A DNA stretch of 63,163 bases from Balanoglossus misakiensis (Eukaryota > Animalia > Hemichordata): positions 1-63,163 of the forward strand of contig JBECUI020000049.1 of NCBI GenBank assembly GCA_040954595.2, given 5' to 3'. Each line of letters opens with the position of its first letter. Position 1 is the first letter of the stretch. Below the pieces are notes generated by a model. It ran no database searches, was not told the origin of the DNA, and was given only the letters and a program-made list of their open reading frames with translations. Below are positions 9,756-21,227 of the stretch, piece by piece. A program made the position numbers and the translations under genes.

Positions 9756-12735
9756 ATGTCAAATCTAGTTTATACTAGCTCAGGGTGTTCTTTCATGTTT
9801 TCGGTATATATTAACTTTTCTCACTACACATTACTAAGAAAATTGAATCCCAAAATTCTGAGTGATATCGAATCCGACCTACATGAAATTATGGCTAAAT
9901 ACGGCGGTAGTTTTCATGATAAAGGACTGTATCGCTTTCCTTCGGTTAGCAATGCCACCATCCGTAAATCTGCTGAGGTTCTCTTTGCTCTTCAGGAACG
10001 ACTTGTGCGAAATGAACAGGAGCTTTACGGTACCTCCATTCTGGTATGGGAAGAAGGCGAAGAGGAAGAAAAAGCAAAAAAATATCAGGAATATCTCCTT
10101 CTCCAGGTTCCAGAGGATGACGGAATCTGGCTTGATGCTGCCCTTATGGATACTTTTCATGCTCATTTGGAGCTGGAGCCCCAGGATGGCCTGCTTCGGG
10201 TTAGAGGAATAAAGGAAGGAGTGGGGCAGCTTGAAGAACGCCTTCACGAACTGATGGTACGTACCGATCAGGAGCGAGACATTGTGAAGGCCTTGGAAGC
10301 CATGGAAATGGAGACCGACAAAGAGCAGAACATTCACAACATGCTTGTTCTTAAAGGTGCTCTGGGAATGGGCAAACGTGCAACGTTGGCCAAGGCCCTG
10401 GCCTCACTGGATTCCCTGAATGGCGGGAAGTCCATTGTTATGCATTTTTCCCCAAACACTGGAGACTATTTGGAACCCTTTTTTTCGTGGGATTACTTCC
10501 TTCCTTGATAAAGTTGTTCATTACCTGGAAGGAGAGGAACTGTCCTGGTGGAAAATTGAAGGTTTCCCTCTGCTCCAGAAGGCCTCTCGTAACGCCGGTG
10601 TCTGGTCTCTGTCCCGGGATCAGCTCTCTGTAGATCTCATTCAAGCTTTTTCTCTTTACCTGAAAGCCGCTTTAGAGAAAAGAAAACGCATCCATCAACC
10701 ATTGTATCTTATTGCCGACGGCATTGAACCTGAGGGCGAAGTATTTGCCTATTTTAAAACCTTGGTAGAAAAGTTTTCTCGGTGGGAAAACTTCCGTCTC
10801 ATCATCATTCAGGATACAGCAGAAGAGCAGGTTTCTCCGTTTTTCAAACGCAGCGTGGCGATTGTTTTCTCATCACCCGACGTAAAGGAAATTTCGACCC
10901 TTACCAAAACCTTCCTTCCCGATCATTCCTTGTCTCCTGTGATTCTTCATTGGAAACCGGGAAGTTCCATGATTGCCCTTTTTCATCTCTTTCTGGCACT
11001 CAAAGAAGAACAGATCAGCAAGGTCAATGCCACTACTTCTCTGATAGCTGGCCTAGATAAAAAAACTCAGTCCACCCTGTTTTTGGCCAAGATTTCTCAG
11101 AATTTAGTAGACAGGAATACCCTTATAAAAAGATTCGGCCAGAATGAGAAAGAAAAATCCGAAGAGGGATGGCGCTATGATCACCTACTCACTTTGGGGC
11201 TTCTCAGAGAAGACAGCGATGGAAGAATCAATGTTCCCCTTAACCTGGAAGAAAAAAGATTGGCTACTTTGGAGAATATTAAACAGGCTGAGGAATTTGG
11301 GGAATATCTTTGGAGCCGTCTGGAAGAAAATGGCGGACTCTGTCTGTTGAGCCTTTTTCGCTATCTGGAGATCTGGGGGTCTACGCATCGTGCCTTGATG
11401 GTACTTAATCTCCTTTTGGAATCACTCCTTTCGAGTCGGCGCTTCAGGTTGGCCGGAGCTGTGTTCAACACCCATCCCCTGGCAGAGCGGGAGCTTTCTG
11501 CTCCTGAGCTGGAAGCCCTTCAAAACATTCTTGGGACGGCCCAGCTACGTTATCTCCTCTTGACCGGGGAGCGGGAGAAAATTCGAGAATTGATTAGGGA
11601 TGGTAGCATCTCGTTAATTGGATCCCGGGGGAAATATGCTGAAAATTTCCGCTTGCAGATTGCCAAATACAACTATGCTTTTGGACGGCCTGCCGATGCC
11701 CTGAAAGATGCCAAAGAGGCTTTGTTTGCCTTTCAAAGGTCAAGGAATCACCAGGGGGAAATTTATGCTCATCTGGAGTTGGCCCAGGCACTCTTGGCAG
11801 AGAGAAAAATAAGAGATGCTCTGGAACATTTTGGGATTGCCCGTCGAATCGGTTTTCAGGTCAGTAATCCCCAGGCATACATACGGGCCGGAGTTCTGGA
11901 AACTGTAACCCGTTATCTCTTTGGTAATCTTTCCCGGGCTTTCCGTGATGGCCTGGAAATGAGGAAACAAGCTCTGAAGGAAGGTCGTCGGGAAGACTGG
12001 TTTCTTTTAAGCCTCCTTGCGACCAGAATTTCCTTTGAGCTGGGAAAGTATGACGAGGCTGGAAGGTTGGCGGCGGAGGGAGTCCAAACGGCATTATTTT
12101 ACCATATAGAAGATGAAAAACGAGTCTTTTCTAACTGGTATGGTCGAGTCCTTCTGGCCAAGGGCAGGGAAGAGGAAGGCAAGGCCATGCTGGAACTTCA
12201 ATCTCCCTGCCGAGAGGCGTACTATTTTTGTGCCGAATCGGCATGGCTGAGGGGAAACAAAAAGGAGGCGCATCATTTCATTCAGCGGGCCTTGGAAGAA
12301 CGGAAGGAAAGATCCTTCACTGCTGGAGAAATGGATTGTTGGGATGATGGTTTTACTGCGGTTGAGGGCCGACTTTTTTTAAAGGGCGAAACCTTAAATG
12401 TGCTGGAAGAACACATTGTGGAGTTTTCGTTATTTCTTAACAGCCAGGATCTGCAGGGAACGAATCGTTTTTCACCAGGAGCTTTGAACTTTAGTCAGGA
12501 AACTGTCAAGGACTTTTCTGCCCGGCCCTTTAATTATCTCTACGCTTTTTGGCGATTCATGGCCATACCTGAAGAAGGACAGGTCTCTAAACGGCACAGC
12601 TATTCAACCGCCTTTAATCAATTGCAGGCTCGTATTGCACGGTTTGATGACAGCCAGCTCAAACATTCCTTTTTGACCAAGAACCTCTGGAACCAGTTGA
12701 TCATGGAAGAAGCCCAACGGCAGAAACTTCTATAA
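9756..12735 (+). CDS. Large P-loop/TPR-like (STAND-like) protein, split by a frameshift at the T-run near 10480
   Basis: Overlapping ORFs 9756-10508 and 10420-12735; GALGMGK P-loop-like motif, LIADG Walker-B-like motif, TPR-like helical C-terminus. Confidence 0.55.
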
Positions 12736-13054
12736 ACTACTTTCCAACAACTTCGGATTACCAGCCTTCCTTACCCCTTTTTTCTGATGAAGGTCTCGGG
12801 GAGATACCTTTGGGGTAAATGAGACGGTTCACAGTCCCGTGGGGCAAACTACCTCAAGGAGGATATGCTGGTCTTTAGCATTAAATTGCCTTGCTTCTAA
12901 AGACCCTTGAGAAGCCTTTCCTAGCATTGGAAGAAGTATATTCTTATTCAAGGCTGTTGTATAAACTCTGGGAAAAATACTTGAAATCAAACCATACAAG
13001 ATCATCATTGATTGAAAGTGGTTCTCTATACCTTCCTTTCAGTTTATAATCTTC

Positions 13055-13084
13055 TTGACATGTTTTCTTTAGGTTTGTTATGGT
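13055..13084 (+). promoter_or_regulatory. Sigma70-type promoter of tRNA-Met
   Basis: TTGACA at 13055-13060, TATGGT 18 bp downstream, 16 bp before the tRNA. Confidence 0.5.
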
Positions 13085-13100
13085 ACTTTTCAGTCTTCAT

Positions 13101-13173
13101 GGTGGCGTAGCTCAGTCGGTAGAGCAAGCGGCTCATATCCGCTCGGTCAGGGGTTCAAGTCCCTTCGCCACTA
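13101..13173 (+). tRNA. tRNA-Met (CAT), probably elongator; CCA not encoded
   Basis: GGTGGCG/CGCCACT acceptor stem, AGCGG-CTCATAT-CCGCT anticodon arm, GGTTCAAGTCC T-loop. Confidence 0.93.
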
Positions 13174-13372
13174 AATTCACTGGCTATTCCTCATCTGCGG
13201 CTCTTTTTTAGTACCGTGCCTGATGGTTTAAAAAAGATTATTGAAGTTAATAATCCCAAGGGCCCTACACTTTTTCCTTAGGGGAAAATAAGGAAAAAAC
13301 TGCGAGCGTCAAGAGATGGCCCTGCCCTACTATAAAAGGTTGATTTCATTCTGATTTCTTGCCCGGTCTTCT

Positions 13373-14509
13373 CTATTCCCCCCTTTTCTTTCGTACCAGA
13401 CTCACCATGGTCTCTACGTGAGGCGTTTGGGGATAGAGATCGGCAAGAGCTATGTGAGCAATGTGATATTCTCCTGCACACAAGATCTTTAAATCCCTGG
13501 CCTGGGTAACTGGGTTGCAGGAGTAATAGAGAATCTTTTTTATGGAAGTTTCCATCAACCATTTCCGTACAGAAGGAGAAAGCCCGGTTCTCGGGGGATT
13601 TACCACCACAAGGTCACATCCCTTCAGGGCTTCATCGGTCTTAATCCATTTCTCCACACTCATCGAATAAAAATGTCCCCCAAGGCCCGTATTCTGCATC
13701 CAGTATCGCCCTGCAAGCTCCTCTCTTTCCACTCCCAGGGTCTTCTCAAACTTTTCAGCGAGAAAGGCCCCCAAAAGTCCTACTCCACCATAAAGATCCA
13801 AGGCCCTATCCCCCTCTTCTCCCTCCAAACCAAGTTCCAGAAGCTTAAAGAAGGGAGGCAGATTGGCTTGAAAGAACATTGAGGGCGGAAAAACAAAGGT
13901 TTTTCCGCCAATCAAGGCCTGGGCCTCTTTGTCGCGGCCTTCCACCCAGTATCTGTCCCTATCGGCAAAGACATGGAGTTCAGAAGAAAGGCTGGAGAGC
14001 TTGGGGGGATCAGCAAGAAAGCGATTAATCCCCGGAGATGCGGTGGGGCAGTGCCGTAGGGCTATAGCCTCAGAGGAACCTCGTTTTCTGAATCCCCAGC
14101 TTCCCTGGGCAAGACCTTTGACCTTGACTCGCTGGCGGTAGTGCTGCGGCACCGAAGGGATGACGGAGATGGGAGGAGGCTCTCTCAGACCTCCCTGCCG
14201 TCTGAGGGTCTCCTGCAATAATTCTTTTTTGGCTTTTAACTGAGCTTGATAGGATAGATGCTGCCAGGAACAGCCACCGCAAATGCCATAGAGGGGACAG
14301 AATGGCTCTTGCCTATCTGGAGAAGCTTGTAGAATTTCTGCTCTGCCCAGTCTGAGCCAATCGCGGGTTTCCAGAAGGACCTCAGCCCTTACCAGTTCTC
14401 CTGGTAAAGCTCCGGGAACAAAAAGCACCTTTCCATCCAGATGCCCCAGAGCCTCTCCTCCCGGTACCAGTTTTTCTGTCTTAAGTGTTATGAATCGTCT
14501 CTTACCCAT
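13373..14509 (-). CDS. RNA (uracil-5)-methyltransferase, RlmD/TrmA family
   Basis: TRAM-like N-terminus, CxxxxxCGGC Fe-S motif, FFQAN, NPPRTG, YSCNP, YPQTPHVE. Confidence 0.92.
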   Translation of the reverse strand: MGKRRFITLKTEKLVPGGEALGHLDGKVLFVPGALPGELVRAEVLLETRDWLRLGRAEILQASPDRQEPFCPLYGICGGCSWQHLSYQAQLKAKKELLQETLRRQGGLREPPPISVIPSVPQHYRQRVKVKGLAQGSWGFRKRGSSEAIALRHCPTASPGINRFLADPPKLSSLSSELHVFADRDRYWVEGRDKEAQALIGGKTFVFPPSMFFQANLPPFFKLLELGLEGEEGDRALDLYGGVGLLGAFLAEKFEKTLGVEREELAGRYWMQNTGLGGHFYSMSVEKWIKTDEALKGCDLVVVNPPRTGLSPSVRKWLMETSIKKILYYSCNPVTQARDLKILCAGEYHIAHIALADLYPQTPHVETMVSLVRKKRGE

Positions 14510-15088
14510 TCCTCACTATAACATCTCTTCTGAAAAAACAGGCAAGAGTGGAAACAAGAAACAGAACTAAATCGGATTTTTCATGCTATCCCAGAAACCC
14601 TCTACCTTCGTTAGGCCAGGGCCTAGCTGAGTGAATAAGTTAGGGATTCATGCACAGAAAAGAGATTGGTAGACTTGAAAACTGGAAGTAGCAGAAAGGT
14701 TCCTTCAACCCCAAACGGGTCTTGAACTTTTGGGGCATATGCAATATTTTAAGCAGGAGCTTCTTCGGTTAAGGGAAACAGTTTTTTTGAAGATCGCCAT
14801 AGTTATAATATTCTGACTTTCATAGATTGTCCTTCCCCCAGGATTTAAGCTTTCTAGTTTTTTAGATGATTCACCATGTTCATGGTTTCTTGTGTAGTGG
14901 AAGAGGGTCGGCAGTTCTCTAACAGTACTGCGGGGAATCTGGGGATTCTGAAACTCCGCTCTGGGTACTGAGAAGTACTGATGAAGATAAGTCCGTTGTT
15001 TCTACTCCCAATAGCCTGAACTTTAGTTATAATAAACCGTTTTGTTGGAACGGAAAGGACTTGTAATTAAATAAGGAGATGTAAGTTT

Positions 15089-16123
15089 ATGAAAAGATTT
15101 TTGGTTTTATTCTCTGTTCTGTTGCTAATCTCGGGTGTTGCGGTTTTTGCTGGTGGTAGCAGCACTGGAAGCGGCTATACCATAGGTATCAGCAATGCAT
15201 GGGTTGGGAGTGAATGGCGAACCCAGATGGTCGACGATGTGCAGGCTGCTGCAAAGCCCTACATGGACCAGGGACTGATTAAAGAAATTCTTGTTCAGAG
15301 TTTTGATGTTTCCATCGAAGGGCAGATTGACCAGATCCGCAACCTTATTGCTAAGGGTGCCGATTTGATTCTTGTGAATCCTGCAGATGCCACGGCCCTG
15401 AATCCAGTCATTGAAGAAGCTATGGCTCAGGGCGTCATTATCATCGGCACTGATACCGAGCTTTCTTCTCCCAAAGCCATTAACGTTGCCATTGATCAGA
15501 AAGAATGGGCCAGGACTTCCGCCCGTTGGTTGGTAGAAAAGATGGGAGGAAGAGGGAACATCGTAGCCATAAACGGTTTTGCTGGTCATCCAGCCAATAC
15601 CGCAAGGGTGGAAGGTTACCAGGAAGTCTTTGCAAAAAATCCAGGAATCAGGATTCTCAACGAAGTCAACGCTGACTGGGATAACGCCAAGGGACAGGCC
15701 GTCATGGCGGATATGCTGGCCACCTATCCCGATATCAACGGCGTGTGGGTTCAAGACGGCATGGCCGCCGGGGCTCTGCGCGCCGTTAAGGCCGCTGGCA
15801 GAGATGATATCTTTGTTACTGGTGAGGCCAGGATTGACTTTCTTAAAATGTGGAAGCAGGAAGCCTTGGACACCATTGGAGTCGCTAATCCTCCAGGATG
15901 CATGACCTCGGCCTTCTTTGTCGGCATGCAGATGCTGGAAGGAAAGGAATTCAAAAACGGAATCTTCCAAGGTCCCTACGGGAACACCATTTATGTACCC
16001 ATCCCTACTGTAGTAACCAATATCAATTTCGATACGGTCTATAGTGCTTTTAAGGATTATCCAGACTACTACTCGGTGGACGGTCATCTTACCGAAGCCC
16101 AGGCCGCTGTGTATTTTCAATAA
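15089..16123 (+). CDS. Sugar ABC transporter substrate-binding protein (RbsB-like)
   Basis: AAGGAG RBS, signal peptide, periplasmic binding fold motifs (QIDQIRNLIAKGADLILVNP). Confidence 0.9.
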   Translation: MKRFLVLFSVLLLISGVAVFAGGSSTGSGYTIGISNAWVGSEWRTQMVDDVQAAAKPYMDQGLIKEILVQSFDVSIEGQIDQIRNLIAKGADLILVNPADATALNPVIEEAMAQGVIIIGTDTELSSPKAINVAIDQKEWARTSARWLVEKMGGRGNIVAINGFAGHPANTARVEGYQEVFAKNPGIRILNEVNADWDNAKGQAVMADMLATYPDINGVWVQDGMAAGALRAVKAAGRDDIFVTGEARIDFLKMWKQEALDTIGVANPPGCMTSAFFVGMQMLEGKEFKNGIFQGPYGNTIYVPIPTVVTNINFDTVYSAFKDYPDYYSVDGHLTEAQAAVYFQ

Positions 16124-16192
16124 TCGATAGGTTCTCCCCCGGGCTTTCCTCCTCTATGGTTGAAAGCCTGGTATGAGAAGATTGGAGATGCT

Positions 16193-17680
16193 GTGCCGCC
16201 TATACTGGAATTAAAGAATGTTACCAAGCGTTTCGGTGGTGTCCAGGCGCTGAGGCAAGGGGATTTTTCTCTATATAAAGGAGAGATTCACTTTCTTGTG
16301 GGGACTAACGGAAGCGGTAAGAGTACCCTGGGTAAGATTATTGTTGGCGCCCTGAAGAGGGACTCAGGTCAAATCATCTACAAAGGGATTCCCGTGAATT
16401 TTTCTAGCCCAGGGAATGCCAGAAAGGCTGGGATTGCCGCTGTCTACCAAGAATTAAGTTTGGTACCGAATCTGACTGTGTTGGAAAACATGACCCTGGG
16501 AAACGAGCCTCGCTCTCCCTGGGGTTTTGTCGACTCCAACAGGCAGGAAAGCCTGTGCCGGGAAGCCCTTGCCAGGTTTTCCGGTGTGGTTTCCAAGTCC
16601 TTAGCCCCCAGCCAGCCTGTCAGCCGTCTCTCGGCGGATGAACGGCAGATTGTTGAAATCTTAAAAGCATTGATTAGAAATCCTGATCTGATCATTTTGG
16701 ATGAAGCGACTTCTTCTCTCCATGCAGCGCAGGTTGAGGTGCTTTTCAGGATTATCAGAGAGCTTAAGGAACAGGGGCTTTCCATCATCATGATCTCTCA
16801 TAAGATGGAGGAACTCTTTCAGATTGGCGATAAGGCTACCATTATCCGGAACGGCCAGAGTGTTGCCATGGTCAAAATAGAAGAGAGTTCCCAGGAAGAA
16901 ATTGTCACCCGCATGGTAGGTGAGCAGTACCTGGCTCCGAAAAGAGGTTCTGGCACCGTTGGAGGCGAAGTTCTCCTCAATGTAGAAAAACTTACTAGCG
17001 GGATACTGAGGGACATCAGTTTTACTCTACGTAAGGGAGAGATCCTTGGGCTAGGCGGTCTGCAGGGGCAGGGTCAATCGGAACTGCTGCTCACTCTTTT
17101 TGGTACTCGTCCTGAGGCGGTAGGTTCGGTTCGGCTTAACGGAATTCCTCTGAAATTGCGCTCTTCTGCTTACAGCATCAAAAAGGGATTCGCCTACATT
17201 TCCGGCGACAGAAAGAAGGAAGGGGTCTTTCTTCTCCGCTCCATTCTTGAAAATACGGTCTTGGCATTTCTTGGAAAGATCGGGCGACAGGTCTTCCGTC
17301 GCAGCTTTCTTAAATCGCCAGTGCTTTCTGTTCTCAAACGACTCAATTTGGTGTACTCAAGCCTTGAAGAACCTGTTTCTCAATTAAGCGGGGGTAATCA
17401 GCAGAAAGTTATTATCGGCCGGTGGTTAATGACTGAGGCCAAGGTTTTCCTGATGAACGATCCTACCAAGGGAGTGGATATAAAGACAAAGGAAGAACTC
17501 TACAGGTTGATGAAAGAGCTATGCAAGGCCGGGGTTGCCATTATTTGGAATTCCTCCGAAGACCAGGAGATTCTCAAGAATACCGACAGGATTCTGGTCC
17601 TAAGCGGAGGAAGAATTGCAGATGAACTAAGCGGGAACAGGTTGAATGAATATGAACTCTATAAAGCGGCCATGGCTTAG
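16193..17680 (+). CDS. Sugar ABC transporter ATP-binding protein (RbsA/MglA-like, double NBD)
   Basis: GTNGSGKST, ILDEAT, LSGGNQQK; GGAG before GTG at 16193. Confidence 0.92.
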   Translation: MPPILELKNVTKRFGGVQALRQGDFSLYKGEIHFLVGTNGSGKSTLGKIIVGALKRDSGQIIYKGIPVNFSSPGNARKAGIAAVYQELSLVPNLTVLENMTLGNEPRSPWGFVDSNRQESLCREALARFSGVVSKSLAPSQPVSRLSADERQIVEILKALIRNPDLIILDEATSSLHAAQVEVLFRIIRELKEQGLSIIMISHKMEELFQIGDKATIIRNGQSVAMVKIEESSQEEIVTRMVGEQYLAPKRGSGTVGGEVLLNVEKLTSGILRDISFTLRKGEILGLGGLQGQGQSELLLTLFGTRPEAVGSVRLNGIPLKLRSSAYSIKKGFAYISGDRKKEGVFLLRSILENTVLAFLGKIGRQVFRRSFLKSPVLSVLKRLNLVYSSLEEPVSQLSGGNQQKVIIGRWLMTEAKVFLMNDPTKGVDIKTKEELYRLMKELCKAGVAIIWNSSEDQEILKNTDRILVLSGGRIADELSGNRLNEYELYKAAMA

Positions 17681-18647
17681 CAGAGATTGGAGAGAAAGCT
17701 TCCGGAAGACTCCCTACCTTCTGAGTATTCTTATCACTCTTGTCCTGCTAATACTGCTTGCTGTCAATGAGCCTCGCTATATCCGCATATCGGCACTCTT
17801 GATCAAGCTCAAATCCTGGCTCCCCCTGCTCTTTGCAGCTTTTGGGCAGACATTTGTGATCCTTACCGGGGGGATAGACCTATCCCAGGGTTATATGATT
17901 GCCTTGGTGAACGTGATTACCGTTAGGATTATTATGGCCCTTGACGGCAGTGTGGGGGGCATGTTGCTGGGAGTGGGCACTGGCCTAGCCGTTGGCATTA
18001 TCTGTGGCTGTCTCAACGGTCTATTTTTAACAAAATTGCGCCTGCAGCCTCTTATTACTACCTTTGCCACGGGGGTTATCTGGCGAGGACTGGCCTTGGC
18101 TGTGATGGACGAACCTGGGGGTAGGGTCCCTATGAGCTTTTATTATTTTTTTGCTGGAAAATTTCTCTTCATTCCCATGGTCCTGTGGTTTCTTCTGGCT
18201 GCCCTTGGCCTGTATATTTTCCTATTAAAAAGAGGGACGGTCACCCATCTGAAAGCGGTGGGAGGATACGCTCTGGGAGCCTTTGAATCAGGGCTTCCGG
18301 TGGAGGGAAAAAAGGTTACTGCCTACGGAATCTGCGGTTTTTTTACAGCTTTGGCAACCATGGGTATTATTGGAGAAACCATCTCCGGCAGTCCTTTGGC
18401 AGGCATGGGCTATGAACTTGAAGCCATCAGCTCTGTGGCCATTGGCGGAGCCTCACTTTCCGGTGGTTTCGGCAGTCCCATAGGGAGTCTTTTCGGTGCC
18501 ATAATTACCCGGCTAGTGAATGATGTTATCTTTTTCTATGGAGTCGATGTGAAATATCAACAGTTTATGCAGGGACTGATTATTATTGTGGCCCTATCCC
18601 TTGGGTCCTTCTTGACTAGATCCCTAAGCAAGAAGAGTACCTTGTGA
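17646..18647 (+). CDS. Sugar ABC transporter permease (RbsC-like)
   Basis: GQTFVILTGGIDLS, ELEAISSVAIGGASLSGG. Confidence 0.92.
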   Translation: MNMNSIKRPWLSRDWRESFRKTPYLLSILITLVLLILLAVNEPRYIRISALLIKLKSWLPLLFAAFGQTFVILTGGIDLSQGYMIALVNVITVRIIMALDGSVGGMLLGVGTGLAVGIICGCLNGLFLTKLRLQPLITTFATGVIWRGLALAVMDEPGGRVPMSFYYFFAGKFLFIPMVLWFLLAALGLYIFLLKRGTVTHLKAVGGYALGAFESGLPVEGKKVTAYGICGFFTALATMGIIGETISGSPLAGMGYELEAISSVAIGGASLSGGFGSPIGSLFGAIITRLVNDVIFFYGVDVKYQQFMQGLIIIVALSLGSFLTRSLSKKSTL

Positions 18648-19591
18648 CTCTCCGGACTGCTGTAAAAAACCCAACCCTGATAGCGGTGTCAATATCTCTG
18701 CTCATTCTGGCTGCGGGAGAACTTCGAACTCCGGGTTTTGCCAGTATGAGTCAGGTTATCAACATGCTCACTGTGGCGGCCTTTCTGGGCATTGTGGCCG
18801 CCGGACAAAACCTTGTAGTTTTATCGGGAGGCATCGATCTTTCGGTGGGTAAGGTTGTAACCCTGGGTGCCATTATGGGTGGGGTTATAGCTAAGGGTGC
18901 GGATTCCGGTATTGTTTTGGCTCTTGTTGCGGTCTTGAGTTCCTCTTTTGCTGTGGGTATCCTTAATGGAGTTGGTGTGACTCTTTTAGGTATTCCACCG
19001 CTTATCATGACCCTCAGCTTGGGAATCGTGGTGGAATCGGTCAGCCGTTTCCTTACTGGAGGGCTGGCGGTCAAGGGTGCCACCCCCCTTATGGCCCAAG
19101 TGGTAACCGGACGCTTCTTAGGAATACCAGGCATCCTCTTCATCTGGATGATCTTTACGGTACTGATCCTTATGCTCCAGAGGAACACCAGGTTTGGCCT
19201 GAACCTCTACGCCATGGGCTCAAACAGCCAGGCTGCAGGTCTTTCGGGGATCAATGTCAAAGGGCTTCGGATCTTTACTTATGGTCTGTGTTCCCTGTTT
19301 TCCGGCCTGGCGGGTTTTGTCTACCTGGGGTACTTGGGGTCAATTTATAATATTTCTCTTGGGAACAAGTACAACCTGGCTTCCATAGTTGCCGTTGTTG
19401 TCGGGGGAGTGTCCCTGGCAGGCGGAAAGGGCGGATACCTCGGCGTTGCCGTGGGATGTGTTCTTCTGCAGTTTCTGGGAAGTTTCCTGACAGTCCAAAA
19501 CATTCCCCCTTGGGGCCGGGAAGTGATCATGGGGGTAATGCTTCTTGTCCTGATGTCTGTTTATGCCCGGGAGGCGAAACTCAGGCAATGA
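18644..19591 (+). CDS. Sugar ABC transporter permease (RbsC-like)
   Basis: GQNLVVLSGGIDLSVG, SIVAVVVGGVSLAGGKG; GTGA overlap with previous gene. Confidence 0.92.
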   Translation: MTLRTAVKNPTLIAVSISLLILAAGELRTPGFASMSQVINMLTVAAFLGIVAAGQNLVVLSGGIDLSVGKVVTLGAIMGGVIAKGADSGIVLALVAVLSSSFAVGILNGVGVTLLGIPPLIMTLSLGIVVESVSRFLTGGLAVKGATPLMAQVVTGRFLGIPGILFIWMIFTVLILMLQRNTRFGLNLYAMGSNSQAAGLSGINVKGLRIFTYGLCSLFSGLAGFVYLGYLGSIYNISLGNKYNLASIVAVVVGGVSLAGGKGGYLGVAVGCVLLQFLGSFLTVQNIPPWGREVIMGVMLLVLMSVYAREAKLRQ

Positions 19592-19796
19592 ATGCATCCT
19601 TTCCCAGGGTTTGGGAACTGTTGGCAAATAAAGGGAACGATTTCTATCTGGGAAAACGGGAAGTGGTGGAGGAATAATGGTGGAGTTTCCCCAAGCATGT
19701 TGATGTTCTGCTGCCTTGTGACGGATCGTCGTGAGTTTGCCTTCAAAAAGAAGTGTAAGAGGGGAAGCACAAGTCAACGTTTACAGAAAAGGAGAC

Positions 19797-20717
19797 ATGA
19801 TGATTGAATTAGGCTTTGCTTCGGCGATTCTTCCAGATTTGGAACTTGCCGAAGTTTTGGATTTAGCAGCTGATTTAGGTTACTCCTGTGTGGAAGTTAT
19901 GTGCTGGCCTCGCGGAAAGGCCAATCGACGTTATGCCGGTGTTTCTCATATTGAGGTCATCGGACTGGATGACCAGAAGGTGGAGAAGATCCAGGAGATG
20001 TGCAAAGAGAAAGGGGTTTCGATTAGCGCACTGGGTTATTATTCCAACCCTCTGGATGTTTCCCCGACCGTTTCAGAGGCAGTGATTAGCCATATCAAGG
20101 CAGTTATTACCGCTTCGGCCCGCCTGAATATTGGCAAAGTGAACAGTTTTGTGGGGAGGAATCCCCTACAGTCGCTTGAGGACAACTGGCCCCGATTCCA
20201 ATCCATCTGGACCGATATTGTTCGCTATGCCGAAGAGCGGGAGGTCTTGATCGGTATTGAGAACTGTCCGATGCTTTTTTCCCGCGATGAATGGCCTGGA
20301 GGTAAAAACTTAGCGACCACTCCTGCCATTTTTGAACGAATGTTCGAGGCCATCCCTTCAAAGAACTTCGGCTTGAACTACGACCCGTCTCACTTCGTCT
20401 GGCAGCATATGGACCCCATCGCACCATTGAGAGATTTTTCTGAAAAACTTTTTCACATTCACGCCAAGGATGTCCGCATCGATAGCCACCGGTTGGACAG
20501 AGTAGGGACAATGGCCTATCCCCTGGACTACCACACTCCCAAGCTACCTGGACTTGGAGAAATTGATTGGGGCCGGTTCTTCTCGGTCCTCGGAGATGTT
20601 GGCTACAAGGGAGCAGTTTGTGTTGAAGTGGAGGATCGGGCCTTTGAGGATAATCTGGAATCCCGTAAAAACTCCTTAAGGATCAGTCATCGGTTTTTGA
20701 AAAACTTCATACCTTGA
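19797..20717 (+). CDS. Sugar phosphate isomerase/epimerase (xylose-isomerase-like TIM barrel)
   Basis: GIENCP, YDPSH, HIHAKD, PGLGEIDW, VEVE metal-binding motifs; GGAG RBS. Confidence 0.9.
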   Translation: MMIELGFASAILPDLELAEVLDLAADLGYSCVEVMCWPRGKANRRYAGVSHIEVIGLDDQKVEKIQEMCKEKGVSISALGYYSNPLDVSPTVSEAVISHIKAVITASARLNIGKVNSFVGRNPLQSLEDNWPRFQSIWTDIVRYAEEREVLIGIENCPMLFSRDEWPGGKNLATTPAIFERMFEAIPSKNFGLNYDPSHFVWQHMDPIAPLRDFSEKLFHIHAKDVRIDSHRLDRVGTMAYPLDYHTPKLPGLGEIDWGRFFSVLGDVGYKGAVCVEVEDRAFEDNLESRKNSLRISHRFLKNFIP

Positions 20718-21227
20718 GGGTCACAAGCATTGTGTATGGCTAGTCTTTGTCAAGGGAGTCTAGACCATTATGGTCTCTCGGCCTACCATGGAGAGAGGGC
20801 AGGAATGGGTTGCTGCTCAACTTTCATCTTCCAAGATCGACTTGCCTTACTCCCCCCCCCAGCTGTTTTCTGAGAAAACTTCATGCTGGAAGCGCTCGCT
20901 TAATCTTCCCGATGGCTAGGTATTGCGATTCTGTAGTTTTTGGAGTGGAAGCCGTTCGCAGAATGCACAGAACTGCCCATTGTGAATTCTCCCTTGAATA
21001 AGCTGTTCCCATTGCCCATGAAAGTAGTACGATATTGTTTTACTTGGGTAGGAGAATCCTTTGTCCAGTATTGAGGAAGCTAGATGACAAGGATTGTTTC
21101 AGACTATAGGAGAAAGAGATAGGTTGATTGTGGAGGGCTGTCTTTTGAAGAGGAGAATTCTGAGGAGAAATCCGAAAACTACGCCATAAGACGATGGTTT
21201 TTTTAGCTTCCATTGCCAAATTGCTTT

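Noticed and set aside
15125-16120. 331-aa antisense ORF over the sugar SBP (and similar antisense ORFs such as 34545-35294)
   Set aside because: Codon-phase mirror of real genes; no motifs or RBS
19588-19796. Small ORF coupled to the last sugar permease (MNASFPRVWELLANK...)
   Set aside because: Stops after ~29 codons; possibly a broken gene, but no family recognised
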